A DNA stretch of 64,000 bases. Origin: an uncultured Gemmatimonadaceae bacterium (GTDB lineage: Bacteria > Gemmatimonadota > Gemmatimonadetes > Gemmatimonadales > Gemmatimonadaceae). The stretch spans positions 12,943 to 76,942 of the forward strand of contig CAWGJO010000039.1 in the NCBI GenBank assembly GCA_963822945.1, in the 5' to 3' direction. Each line of letters opens with the position of its first letter. Within the stretch, counting starts at the first letter, position 1. A program made the translations under genes and the position numbers. The notes beneath the pieces are model-generated. The model was not told where the DNA came from and made no database searches. It saw nothing but the letters and a program-made list of their open reading frames with translations. Positions 8,827 through 17,735 of this stretch are shown here, in pieces.

Positions 8827-11508
8827 CTAGCGGCGGCGCCCCGGGCCTCCACGCCGCCCACCTCCGCCGCCACCGCCCCCGCGCCGCTTCCCGCCGCCCT
8901 TCGGCCGCGGGCTGTCCCGGCGCGTCTGCCGCCGTCGCCCGCCCTCCCGCCCCGCACTTCGCGGCAAGTCGCGCGCTTCGTCCGGGGTGTAGGGGCGGTC
9001 GAGCAGTTCCTGCAGTTCGGCGAGCGTCGCCGCGCGCACCGCCCCCCGCTTGCCGCGGGTAACCACGAACCGGAGCGGCCGATCGAGCGCCGGCAACTCC
9101 TCCTCGACGAGCGTCCGCGCCACCTTCTCGGGAATCCGGAGCCGCGCCACCCCGCGCGGCCCCTCCGGCGTCTCCTCCACGTCATAGTGGATCTCCACCG
9201 ACTGCCCGCGCACCTCGGTCCGCGACGGCAGACGCCCCAGGCGCGCGCGCTCCTCCGCGGGCACGAACGCGTCGGGATCGAAGCGCAGGTCGGCGTGGCG
9301 GAAATCCTGCATCGACTGCACGCCGCGCAGCGCCCGCTCGTAGAAGGCCGTCAACTCGGCGAGCCCCAACCGCGCCGTCCGGCCGCCCGAGCGGCGCCAG
9401 GCCTCGCGCACGTTCTCGATCGCCGGCTGGTTGCGCCGCACCGCGGGGTGGCGCGACTCGCCGCGCGCCAGCGCTTCGGCTAAGAGGGCACACGCACGGG
9501 GCGCGAGTTCCGCCGGAAAGCGCTCCACCGGTTCGCTGTCGCGTTGCAGTTCGAACCCGAAGTAGTCCACGCGGCGCACCAGCACCAGCGACCCCTGCTG
9601 GCGGCGCGCGTCGTATGCCAGCTCGGGCTCACTCCGCGTGGCGAACTCGCGGATCAGGTCGGTGGGAATCTGCGTGCCCTCGATGGCCGCTCGGGGCACA
9701 CCGAACTTGTCGGCGAAGTAGCGCAGCTCCCCGGCCACCGCGCCCCAACTCCCGCACACGCTCGTCTTCGACACACGCGCCTCGTCCCCCCATGCCGTGC
9801 GCTCGTCGACCACGAGGGTGAACGGCATGAAGCGGGCCAGCAGTTCCTGAAACCGGTGCAGCGTGGCGTCGCCGGCGCGGGGCATGCGGGTGGGCAGCGG
9901 CACCCCCACGGCGCGGTACACGCTGGCCATGCCCAGCGCCGCGTCCTCCACCGCCTTCACCAGCACGCCCCGCCGGTCGGCCCACCGTTCGATACTCTCC
10001 TCGTCGAACAGGTGGCGCGGCAGTCCGTACACCTCTCCCATGCGTCCGGCGCGGGCGAAGGCCTCGGCGTAGAGGTTGTAGGCCGTGAGGTGGTCGCTCC
10101 CCGGCAGTATCAGCCCGCTCAGGTCACGTTCGTCGCGCGTCATGCGGTGCAGCGACTCCACCGAACTCATGACGGCGAGGTACGGCAGCAGGTCGTCCTC
10201 GGCATTGGCGATCAGCTCCGCCCACGCCCGTTCCACGGGCATCGCCTCCACCGTCCGGCCGTACACCGTGAGACGCCCCTGGGCCACGATGCCGCGCCGT
10301 TCGAGGAGCGCCACCGCGTCGCGATACGCGGTGCGGTCCAGCGGAACCGGCAGCTCCAGTTCATCGGCCCGCACGCCGAGCGCCGCGCAGGTCATCGCCA
10401 CCCGTTCGGAGTCGCCGGCGAGCTGGAACTCGGGTTCCGTGGGCCGCAGCGACGCGAAGTCGATGTCGCGGTCCGACAGGATGTACACCCGGCCCCCGGC
10501 TACACGGCCGTGGACCCGCCCCGCCATCTGCAGGATCTGGTTCGCCCCCAGATGCACCTGCGTCAGCACGTTCCGCCCGCGGTCGATCAGATTGGCGTAG
10601 CGCACGTCGTCGATGATCACCGTGTCGAGGCCGTGGATGTTGAGCGCGCTCTGTCCGGCCGCGGTCATCGCCAGGAAGAACGGCTTGCGCTCACCGCCGT
10701 CGAGAAAGGGCCGGATCACGCGGATCGGCTCGCCGCCATGGTAGAACGCCACGTTCATGCGCGGCGCGCGTTCCTGCGCCTGCGCCGCCGCCTCCTCCAC
10801 GCCGCGGCGCGTGGGCACGAACAGCGCCACACCGCGCCGCTGGCGTTGGAACTGCTGGAGCAGCCGGTAGTCCAGAAAGTCGCGCGACCGCCGGTGCACC
10901 ACCCGCACGTCGGCCGCCTTCTCGGGGTCGAACGCGTGGACCTGCAGCACGTCGGCGCTGTTCAGGTAGCGGCTATAGAACGTGGGGTCCACGGTAGCCG
11001 AGAGCCACACGAAGCGGCACCCAGCGCGCTTGCCGAGCGCGAGGCAGAGCTCGAGTTCCGCCGACGTCTGGTGAATCTCGTCCACGACCAGCGTATCGGT
11101 GGCCAGAATGTCGCCGTCCTCGAACCAGCGCCGGGCGATCCCGGTGGTCACGATGACCACGTTCCAGGTCGGGGTCTCCGGGGTCGCTTCGCGCTCGCGG
11201 TTCACCACGCCCACACGCAGTTCGGTGGTGCCGAGCACTTCTTCGGCGATGGGCCGGATGGCGAGCGTTTTGCCCGTCCCGGTGCCCGCCACGATCCCGA
11301 ACCCCTTGCCGTTGCGCGCCAGGTCGCGCACCCGCGCGCCGTAGTGCTGCTCCAGAAACGTCTCGAGGTGGAGGCCGAGCGCGATTTCGATCGTCTCACA
11401 CGCGGCGCGCGTGGGCGCGATGACGATCACACGCCCCGTCGGCGGCTCAGCGCGGACGAAGGCGTCGTGGTCGGGGGGAAGGGATCGATCGTGGACCGCG
11501 CGTGTCAC
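8827..11508 (-). CDS. DEAH/HrpB-like SF2 helicase
   Basis: GTGTGKT, DEIH, SAT, TVIIDD and QMAGR motifs, a GRLTVYGR HA2-like region, and a basic Gly/Arg-rich tail. Confidence 0.85.
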   Translation of the reverse strand: MTRAVHDRSLPPDHDAFVRAEPPTGRVIVIAPTRAACETIEIALGLHLETFLEQHYGARVRDLARNGKGFGIVAGTGTGKTLAIRPIAEEVLGTTELRVGVVNREREATPETPTWNVVIVTTGIARRWFEDGDILATDTLVVDEIHQTSAELELCLALGKRAGCRFVWLSATVDPTFYSRYLNSADVLQVHAFDPEKAADVRVVHRRSRDFLDYRLLQQFQRQRRGVALFVPTRRGVEEAAAQAQERAPRMNVAFYHGGEPIRVIRPFLDGGERKPFFLAMTAAGQSALNIHGLDTVIIDDVRYANLIDRGRNVLTQVHLGANQILQMAGRVHGRVAGGRVYILSDRDIDFASLRPTEPEFQLAGDSERVAMTCAALGVRADELELPVPLDRTAYRDAVALLERRGIVAQGRLTVYGRTVEAMPVERAWAELIANAEDDLLPYLAVMSSVESLHRMTRDERDLSGLILPGSDHLTAYNLYAEAFARAGRMGEVYGLPRHLFDEESIERWADRRGVLVKAVEDAALGMASVYRAVGVPLPTRMPRAGDATLHRFQELLARFMPFTLVVDERTAWGDEARVSKTSVCGSWGAVAGELRYFADKFGVPRAAIEGTQIPTDLIREFATRSEPELAYDARRQQGSLVLVRRVDYFGFELQRDSEPVERFPAELAPRACALLAEALARGESRHPAVRRNQPAIENVREAWRRSGGRTARLGLAELTAFYERALRGVQSMQDFRHADLRFDPDAFVPAEERARLGRLPSRTEVRGQSVEIHYDVEETPEGPRGVARLRIPEKVARTLVEEELPALDRPLRFVVTRGKRGAVRAATLAELQELLDRPYTPDEARDLPRSAGREGGRRRQTRRDSPRPKGGGKRRGGGGGGGGRRGGPGRRR

Positions 11509-11556
11509 AGTGGCGGAAGGTGCACGCGGGCACGCTCCGCCGGAACCCCGGCGGCG

Positions 11557-12108
11557 TCAGCCAGTCGGGGGCAGCAGTCGCGGCGAGCCGCCGGCGCTCG
11601 TGGAGTCGGGCCTGTGCGCCCCCGTCTTCCGGCCGCCGCCGCCCTTCTTCTTGCGGGTGGTGTCGTCGGCCTTCCTGCCGGTCGTGTCGTCGGTCTTCTT
11701 GCTGGTGGTGTCGTCGGCCTTCTTGGTGGTGGTGTCGCCCGCCTTCTTCCCGCCAGCCGTCGTATCCGTGGACGGCCTGGACTCCAGCGACTTGGGCAGC
11801 GGCGCCACACCCTTGAGCGCTTGATCCCCACCGCGCGCGTCGTCGGCGTCGTGATCCGAATCCGCGTGGGCGTAGTCGTCGCCGAAGATCACCTGTCCCT
11901 TGGCCGGCCGGTTCCGGAGCGCCGAGGCGCAATCGGTGGGCGCCGGCTGGCGTCCCGGCGGCACCCCATCAAGCCAGATGCGGCACATGCCGGCCGGCGG
12001 ACGGAGATTGGGGGGCACGACCTTGCTGGCCGACTTCGGCCGCTGGGCCTGGACGGTGGCAGCCACGAGCAGGCCGCACGCGATGACGAGAATTCGGGGT
12101 GACTTCAT
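11557..12108 (-). CDS. secreted hypothetical protein (PPAGMCRIWLDGVPPGRQP motif, one Cys pair) with a repeat tail
   Basis: Signal peptide MKSPRILVIACGLLVAATVQAQ, a compact Cys-containing domain, and KKADDTT repeats. Confidence 0.75.
   Translation of the reverse strand: MKSPRILVIACGLLVAATVQAQRPKSASKVVPPNLRPPAGMCRIWLDGVPPGRQPAPTDCASALRNRPAKGQVIFGDDYAHADSDHDADDARGGDQALKGVAPLPKSLESRPSTDTTAGGKKAGDTTTKKADDTTSKKTDDTTGRKADDTTRKKKGGGGRKTGAHRPDSTSAGGSPRLLPPTG
11648..11749 (-). repeat. 24-nt coding tandem repeat, about 4 copies (KKAGDTTT/KKADDTTS/KKTDDTTG/RKADDTTR)
   Basis: A GTGTCGTCGGCCTTC-like unit recurs every 24 nt on the + strand. Confidence 0.85.
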
Positions 12109-12252
12109 GGCTGAGCGGGACCGCGATGCGAAGGGGCGTCACGCAGTCGACGACCGATTGCGCTGGACGTCATACACGGAGCGCCCGCCGAGGTTCACAG
12201 CCGGACATGGGCCGGGCATTCCCGATGCCCAACCCGTCTCATCGTCGGTTAA

Positions 12253-13332
12253 TCAGTCGCCGAAGCTGATGCCCGTCGCCCGCCCCGTCTGGACCACATC
12301 GTGATCGAGTTCCACCCGCTTGGGCTGACGCAGCGCGTCGGCAATCGGGATCGCCACGATATGGGGAGACTGAAGGGCCACCATGTGCCCCCACCTGGCG
12401 TTCGCCACCGCGACCACCGCGGCGCCGCCGAACCGGGTCGCCAACAGCCGATCGTAGCCGGTGGGCTGGCCGCCACGCTGCAGGTGGCCCAGCACCAGCG
12501 ACCGCGTCTCCTTTCCGGTCCGCTGCTCGATGGCCCGGGCCACGGCATCGCCCACGCCGCCCAGCCGCGCCTCCGAACTCGCACCGGCGCGCTGCACCGT
12601 GTACGGCGTTCCGCCGCGCGGGAACGCGCCCTCGGCCGCCACCACGATGGAGAAGTGGCGCCCCGCCCGGTCGCGCGAGCGGATCTTCTCGCACACGCTC
12701 TCGATATCGTATGGAATCTCCGGAATGAGGATCGCGTCGGCCGTACCGGCCACACCGGCGTGCAGCGCGATGAACCCGGCGTGCCGCCCCATCACTTCAA
12801 TGACCATCACGCGATCGTGGCTCTCCGCCGTGGTGTGCAGCTTGTCGATCGCCTCGAGAGCGGTGTTCACGGCGGTGTCGAATCCGAACGTGCTGATGGT
12901 GCCGCTCACGTCGTTGTCGATCGTCTTCGGCACGCCCACCACGTGCAGCCCCTTCTCGTACAGCCGCTGCGCCAGGTGCAGCGACCCGTCACCGCCGATG
13001 GAGATCAGGGCGTCGATGCCCAGTTGCCGCGCATTCTCCAGCAACTCGTCCGACCGGTCGACCTCGAGCACCGATCCATCGGGCTGCGGCACCGGCCACC
13101 GGAACGGGTTGCCGCGGTTCGTGGTGCGGAGAATGGTGCCGCCCAGGTGGGCAATGCCGCGCACCGAATCGGCGTTGAGGGCCACCACATCGTCCTCACC
13201 CAGAAGACCGAAGTAGCCGCGCTTGATGCCTACGACCTCCCAACCGCGGTGGATCGCGGCGAGGACGGCGGCCCGGATGACCGCGTTGAGCCCCGGGGCG
13301 TCGCCGCCTCCGGTGGAAATGGCGATGCGCAT
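12253..13332 (-). CDS. pfkA: 6-phosphofructokinase
   Basis: TGGGDAPGLNAVIR, IGGDGS, PKTIDND, FGFDTA, EVMGRHAG and LGHLQRGG. Confidence 0.95.
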   Translation of the reverse strand: MRIAISTGGGDAPGLNAVIRAAVLAAIHRGWEVVGIKRGYFGLLGEDDVVALNADSVRGIAHLGGTILRTTNRGNPFRWPVPQPDGSVLEVDRSDELLENARQLGIDALISIGGDGSLHLAQRLYEKGLHVVGVPKTIDNDVSGTISTFGFDTAVNTALEAIDKLHTTAESHDRVMVIEVMGRHAGFIALHAGVAGTADAILIPEIPYDIESVCEKIRSRDRAGRHFSIVVAAEGAFPRGGTPYTVQRAGASSEARLGGVGDAVARAIEQRTGKETRSLVLGHLQRGGQPTGYDRLLATRFGGAAVVAVANARWGHMVALQSPHIVAIPIADALRQPKRVELDHDVVQTGRATGISFGD

Positions 13333-13376
13333 CGTTCAGCTCCGCCCCAAGGACGACGGCGCGCGTTCGGCGCCGG

Positions 13377-13601
13377 CTATTCCGACGTGAGAAGTTCCTC
13401 GATCTCTCCCGGCTTCGCGTGGCGGCCCAGCTTCGATTTCTCGAACACCGGCACCCCGTCTCGCGCGACCTCGAACCGCCCCCCGCGCGAGGGAATCAGC
13501 GTGACCGTTGCCGCCGGGAATCTGGCCCGGAGCTCGGCCGCCAGACCGGCGGCCCTCGGCTCGTAGTTTCAGACCGTACAGTATTCGATCGAGATATTCA
13601 T
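13377..13601 (-). CDS. SelW/SelT/SelH (Rdx family) selenoprotein, CxxU, 74 aa
   Basis: MNISIEYCTV-(TGA 13571..13569)-NYEPRAAGLAAELRARFPAATVTLIPSRGGRFEVARDGVPVFEKSKLGRHAKPGEIEELLTSE*. The Rdx-family pattern continues in frame past the TGA, and a SECIS-like hairpin follows it. Confidence 0.9.
13532..13563 (-). promoter_or_regulatory. bacterial SECIS-like stem-loop
   Basis: mRNA sequence GAGC-CGAG-GGCCGCC-GGUCU-GGCGGCC-GA-GCUC. The apical GGUCU starts 21 nt after the UGA and matches the apical sequence of the E. coli fdhF SECIS as I recall it. Confidence 0.8.
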
Positions 13602-13639
13602 CGTAGGCGAATTGTAACCCGATTGGCGGGCGGGGGCAG

Positions 13640-13891
13640 CTACTGCCGCGGCGGCGGCCACGGCACGTGCGTGAGCGTGGCCAGGCGATCGATCAGCGTG
13701 TCCTGGTGCGCTACCACCGCGCGCAGCGAATCGATCTGGTCGGTCGCGTCCTGAAGATCCTGCTGCATGTTCTGAACGGCGGTTCCCATGTCGATCACGG
13801 CCTGGGCCATATTGGCCTGGGCGCGGGGGTTCACACAGCTTCCGAGCACGAGCAGAGCCGCGGCGGGGACGACGAAGCGGAGGGGGCGCAT
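13640..13891 (-). CDS. small coiled-coil lipoprotein
   Basis: MRPLRFVVPAAALLVLGS-C lipobox followed by a heptad-like helix. Confidence 0.75.
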   Translation of the reverse strand: MRPLRFVVPAAALLVLGSCVNPRAQANMAQAVIDMGTAVQNMQQDLQDATDQIDSLRAVVAHQDTLIDRLATLTHVPWPPPRQ

Positions 13892-14033
13892 GGGGGAGTC
13901 GGGCTGAGGGTTCCCCGAGAAGATGCGGGGCGGCGCGCCGGGCGTCCACGACCGGGGCCGTCGGTGCCGCGAGTCGATGGGCGGCGCGGGGGGATGGTAC
14001 CGTTTTCCGCGGGCGCCTGCGCCATCGTGGATC

Positions 14034-14459
14034 ATGCTCCACCGCCGCGCCGCGACGCTCGTCGAACTCCTTCTCATGCTCGCCGTGCTGGGGACCATGC
14101 TGGCCCTCGCGCTCCCGCCGGCGGCCGCCGCCCTCGACGGTGCGGCGGTGCGCGCCGCGACCCGGGACGTCGAGACACTGTTCGCGTCGGCGCGCGAGCA
14201 GGCGCTGGCGCGCGATGCGGTGGTCTGGGTGGTGTTCGACAGCGCGAGGGCGACGGCGCGCGTCCGGATTCCGGGTTGGGGAACCCGGACCCGTGCCGTG
14301 GGGTCCATGTATGGAGTTGCGCTACGTTCGACGCGCGATTCCATGAGCTACGACGGTCGCGGTCTCGGGCGAGGAGCCGCCAATCTCACGGTGGTACTCA
14401 CCCGGGGACGCGCCCGCGCCACCCTCGTGGTGTCGCGGCTCGGGCGGGTGCGGAGGTAA
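14034..14459 (+). CDS. GspH/FimT-like minor (pseudo)pilin
   Basis: RRAATLVELLLMLAVLGTMLALALP type IV N-terminal helix, AREQAL, and C-terminal LVVSRLGRVR. Confidence 0.8.
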   Translation: MLHRRAATLVELLLMLAVLGTMLALALPPAAAALDGAAVRAATRDVETLFASAREQALARDAVVWVVFDSARATARVRIPGWGTRTRAVGSMYGVALRSTRDSMSYDGRGLGRGAANLTVVLTRGRARATLVVSRLGRVRR

Positions 14460-14633
14460 CCCCCGGCACGGGCCGGTGCGGCACTTGTTTCGACGAGACG
14501 CCGGCACCGCCGGACGGCCAGCGGCGCTAGATTGGGCCCATTGGCGCTCCGGGTCACGAAATGGTCTCGGGCGTGATCCCCATCACGTAGGAATGTGACG
14601 CCGTACCGCCGGGGGTGAGTTATTCCTCATGAG

Positions 14634-15179
14634 ATGACCGACGACGCTGCCGACGTCCGACGTGTGCTCAGCGGTGACGTTGACGCATATGCGGCGCTGG
14701 TAGATCGGTACTACGAACAGTGCGCCCGGTATGCGGTCCGGATGCTGGGCAACCGTGACGATGCGGAGGATGCGCTGCAGGCGACGTTCCTGCGGGCGTA
14801 CCGTGCGCTGGCCAAGTACCAGGAGCGGGACAAGTTCAGTGCGTGGTTGTACCGCATCCTGGTGAACCAGTGCCGGAGCCTGGCAGCGCGCCGCAGTCAG
14901 CGCGAGCGGGTGTTCGTGCGCGAAGAAGCGCTGTTGCTGAATGCCGCGGACGACCGGGCGCCGGTCGGCTGGTCGGGCGAGGACGAAGAGTTCGTCCAAC
15001 GTGTATTGAGTGAGCTGGATCCGTTGCTGCGGGAAGCCTTCCTGCTGAAGTACATCGAAGAACTGAGCTACGAGGAGATGTCCGCCCTGACGGGCGTTGG
15101 CGTTTCCGCGTTGAAGATGAGAGTGAAACGCGCATCCGATCGGCTGCGCGAGAGATGGGAGCGCATCAAGCATGACTGA
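14634..15179 (+). CDS. ECF-family RNA polymerase sigma factor
   Basis: DAEDALQATFLRAY, FSAWLYRILVN and LSYEEMS...SALKMRVKRA. Confidence 0.93.
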   Translation: MTDDAADVRRVLSGDVDAYAALVDRYYEQCARYAVRMLGNRDDAEDALQATFLRAYRALAKYQERDKFSAWLYRILVNQCRSLAARRSQRERVFVREEALLLNAADDRAPVGWSGEDEEFVQRVLSELDPLLREAFLLKYIEELSYEEMSALTGVGVSALKMRVKRASDRLRERWERIKHD

Positions 15180-15780
15180 GTCCGATCTGGACCCCCAGGA
15201 TCCGAACATCGAGTGGATCGTCCGTGAAGCACGACGGCCGGTCGCACTGTCCGCGGGGTTGCGCACGCAAATCATGGACGCCGTCCGGGCCACGCCACTG
15301 CCGGCGCGCCCGCGCCGCGGCCTGGGATGGCTCGTGGCGCCCCGCCCCGTGGCCCTCTCCCCGCTCGCCAGCTCGCTGCTGGCCGCCGGCCTCGTCGGGA
15401 TCGGAGTACTGGCCGGACTCGCCGTGACCCACGGCGACGACACCCCCGCGGCACCGGCGACTGTTGCCGCGACGCCACAGCAGGCCGCGTCGAGCGCGAC
15501 GTTGGTTCACGAGTTCGTGCTCCAGGCCCCCAAGGCCGCGCACGTCTCGCTCGTGGGTGACTTCAACGGATGGAACGCCGAGGCCACGCCCATGACGCGT
15601 ACGGCCGACGGGAAGTGGATGGTGAAGGTGCGCCTCCCGGCCGGCCGCCACGTCTACGCATTCGAGGTGGACGCCGCCGGCGGCACGAAGTTCATGCCCG
15701 ATCCGCGCGCGCTGCGCGCTCCGGACGACGGCTTCGGACCGAGTTCCGTGGTGCTCGTCGGACAGGGCTCGTCCACATGA
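15172..15780 (+). CDS. putative anti-sigma factor with one TM helix and a C-terminal CBM48/AMPK-beta-like glycogen-binding domain
   Basis: Overlaps the sigma stop codon. TM LLAAGLVGIGVLAGLAV, then VSLVGDFNGW...GKWMVKVRLPAGRHVYAFEVD...PDP. Confidence 0.85.
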   Translation: MTESDLDPQDPNIEWIVREARRPVALSAGLRTQIMDAVRATPLPARPRRGLGWLVAPRPVALSPLASSLLAAGLVGIGVLAGLAVTHGDDTPAAPATVAATPQQAASSATLVHEFVLQAPKAAHVSLVGDFNGWNAEATPMTRTADGKWMVKVRLPAGRHVYAFEVDAAGGTKFMPDPRALRAPDDGFGPSSVVLVGQGSST

Positions 15781-16400
15781 GCAGCCAACGAATCCGGCGC
15801 GGCATCGCGACCCTCCTGGCCCTGTCGGTGATCGCGCCGACGCTCTCGGCCCAGGGCACCGACCCGCTGACCAAGCTGGACACCGCCAGCCGGCGGGTCG
15901 TGCAGTCGCTCATCGACTCGGCGACGGCCGAAGGCCTTCCCGCACAACCACTTGTTTCCAAGGCGCAGGAAGGCGTCAGCAAGCACGCCGCCGGCCCGCT
16001 CATCGCCCGCGTGGTGCGGACCGTGTTCCTCTCGCTTCGTGAAGCCCGGGCCGTCCTCGGCGAACAGGCGAATCGCGACGAACTCACCGCCGGAGCCGCC
16101 GCGCTCCAGGCCGGAATCCCGGCCACGGCGATCATCGACCTCCGCCAGGCCGGGCACGGCAAGTCCATCACGGTGCCGCTGGTCGTGATGGCCGACCTCG
16201 TTTCCCGGGGCGTGCCGCGCGATACCGCCTCGCGCGCCATCCTCCAGCTCTGGATGCAGGGCGCCGGGGAGGCCGACCTTATGGGCTTGTCCCAATCGGT
16301 TGGACAAGACATACTATCTGGAGCCGCACCGGCCGACGCGCTCCTCAGCCGAGCTCGCAAGGTCCCGATCCGGCTGCCGCCCGCGAAGGTCCCCGAATAG
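15777..16400 (+). CDS. secreted helical hypothetical protein
   Basis: ATGA overlap with the upstream gene. Signal peptide MSSQRIRRGIATLLALSVIAPTLSAQ, then GLPAQPLVSKAQEGVSK. Confidence 0.8.
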   Translation: MSSQRIRRGIATLLALSVIAPTLSAQGTDPLTKLDTASRRVVQSLIDSATAEGLPAQPLVSKAQEGVSKHAAGPLIARVVRTVFLSLREARAVLGEQANRDELTAGAAALQAGIPATAIIDLRQAGHGKSITVPLVVMADLVSRGVPRDTASRAILQLWMQGAGEADLMGLSQSVGQDILSGAAPADALLSRARKVPIRLPPAKVPE

Positions 16401-16436
16401 CGGCTCGCGCTTTCCCGAAGACCGAGCTCGTAGCAA

Positions 16437-17645
16437 ATGGTCGAGCCGAAGAAGCGAAACTCCGCCTTACTGATTCTCCTCCTTGCCCTGCTCGTTCCGC
16501 AGGGCGAGTTGTTGGCGCAGTTCACTTCACGGTTGCAGGCGGGCGCAGTGACGAGCACGACTCCCGGACTCGTGCCGGCCAACGCGCTCAGCCTCACGCC
16601 CGACGTACGATACGACAGCCGGCTGTTCAAGCTGGCCGCCCATGGGTCGGCGTGGATCAACGGCAATTCGTGGCAGTTCGCCGACGGTGACGCCACGGCG
16701 ACCATGTCCACGCCCACCCGGCATCACCTGGCGGCGCAGCTCATCGCAACCGCCAGCCGCGCCTACTACGATCGCGTGAATCAGAACGACCAGATCGACG
16801 CCGAGGCCCGCGTCCATCTGGTCTTCTCGCAGAAGGGCGGCATGTGGCTGCAGAGCGGCGTCGCCCGTCCCTGGCGCGTGGCCGTGGTGTCATCGGTGGA
16901 TGTGGCAGGCGCCGGCGCGTGGACCCAGGTGGGCGGTGCGACCATCACCGGCACGTACACCAACTTCTCGTTCACCAAGATCGCCAGCGCCAACGATTCC
17001 AGTGGCACGTTGCAGAGTTGCACCAGTCAGACGAGCAACAGCAACTGCCTCCGCCAATCGCACTTCAGCGACGTACAGGGCACGGTTCACTGGGAGAAGG
17101 CCGCCGTCGAGCTCAACGCACAGACGGGCTATCGCTTCGGGAACGCCAACGACGTGACCCCCGACTCGCGCCGCTGGGCCGCGGCGAGTGCCATCGTCTG
17201 GCTGTCGCCCGACATGGCCATGGTCGTCGGGGGCGGCCGCCAGCCGGCCAATCCCGCGCGTGGACTCCCGGCCCGCAACTACGCCAACCTCGGCGTCATG
17301 TTCGCGGCCTGGCCTTCGATGAGCGAGGGTGCCGTGCCCATCGAAGCGCGCGCCAGCGCCATCAGCCGGTTCGACATCGCCGCCGCCGGCGTCTCGCTCC
17401 AGCGCCTGCAGGTGCACATCGCGGGCGTGGAGAGCGTGGATCTGATGGGCGACTTCACGGACTGGCAGCCGGTGAGCATGGTTCAGCGCGGCCGCGACCT
17501 GTGGGAGGTGCTCCTCCCGATCGCATCCGGCGTGCACCAGTTGGACGTGCGCGTGGATGGCGGCAAGTGGCAGCCGCCGCCGAACACGCCCACCATGCGC
17601 GACGGATTCAACGGCGAGGTTGGCGTGCTGGTGATCCATCCGTAG
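16437..17645 (+). CDS. exported (likely outer-membrane beta-barrel) protein with a C-terminal CBM48 glycogen-binding domain
   Basis: Signal peptide, alternating amphipathic strands, then VDLMGDFTDW...LWEVLLPIASGVHQLDVRVDGGKW...DGFNG. Confidence 0.8.
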   Translation: MVEPKKRNSALLILLLALLVPQGELLAQFTSRLQAGAVTSTTPGLVPANALSLTPDVRYDSRLFKLAAHGSAWINGNSWQFADGDATATMSTPTRHHLAAQLIATASRAYYDRVNQNDQIDAEARVHLVFSQKGGMWLQSGVARPWRVAVVSSVDVAGAGAWTQVGGATITGTYTNFSFTKIASANDSSGTLQSCTSQTSNSNCLRQSHFSDVQGTVHWEKAAVELNAQTGYRFGNANDVTPDSRRWAAASAIVWLSPDMAMVVGGGRQPANPARGLPARNYANLGVMFAAWPSMSEGAVPIEARASAISRFDIAAAGVSLQRLQVHIAGVESVDLMGDFTDWQPVSMVQRGRDLWEVLLPIASGVHQLDVRVDGGKWQPPPNTPTMRDGFNGEVGVLVIHP

Positions 17646-17667
17646 TCATTGGTAGCGACAACGAACG

Positions 17668-17697
17668 ACGGGCCGGCAACGCAGGTTGCCGGCCCGT
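17668..17697. terminator. hairpin terminator between convergent genes
   Basis: Perfect 13-bp stem ACGGGCCGGCAAC-GCAG-GTTGCCGGCCCGT followed by TTCCGTTGTT. Confidence 0.8.
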
Positions 17698-17735
17698 TTC
17701 CGTTGTTCACCCGCCGCACGCCGCGGCGGTCAGGT

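Noticed and set aside
11648..11749. 24-nt repeats as a possible CRISPR array
   Set aside because: The repeats are contiguous, in frame and without spacers, and there are no cas genes.
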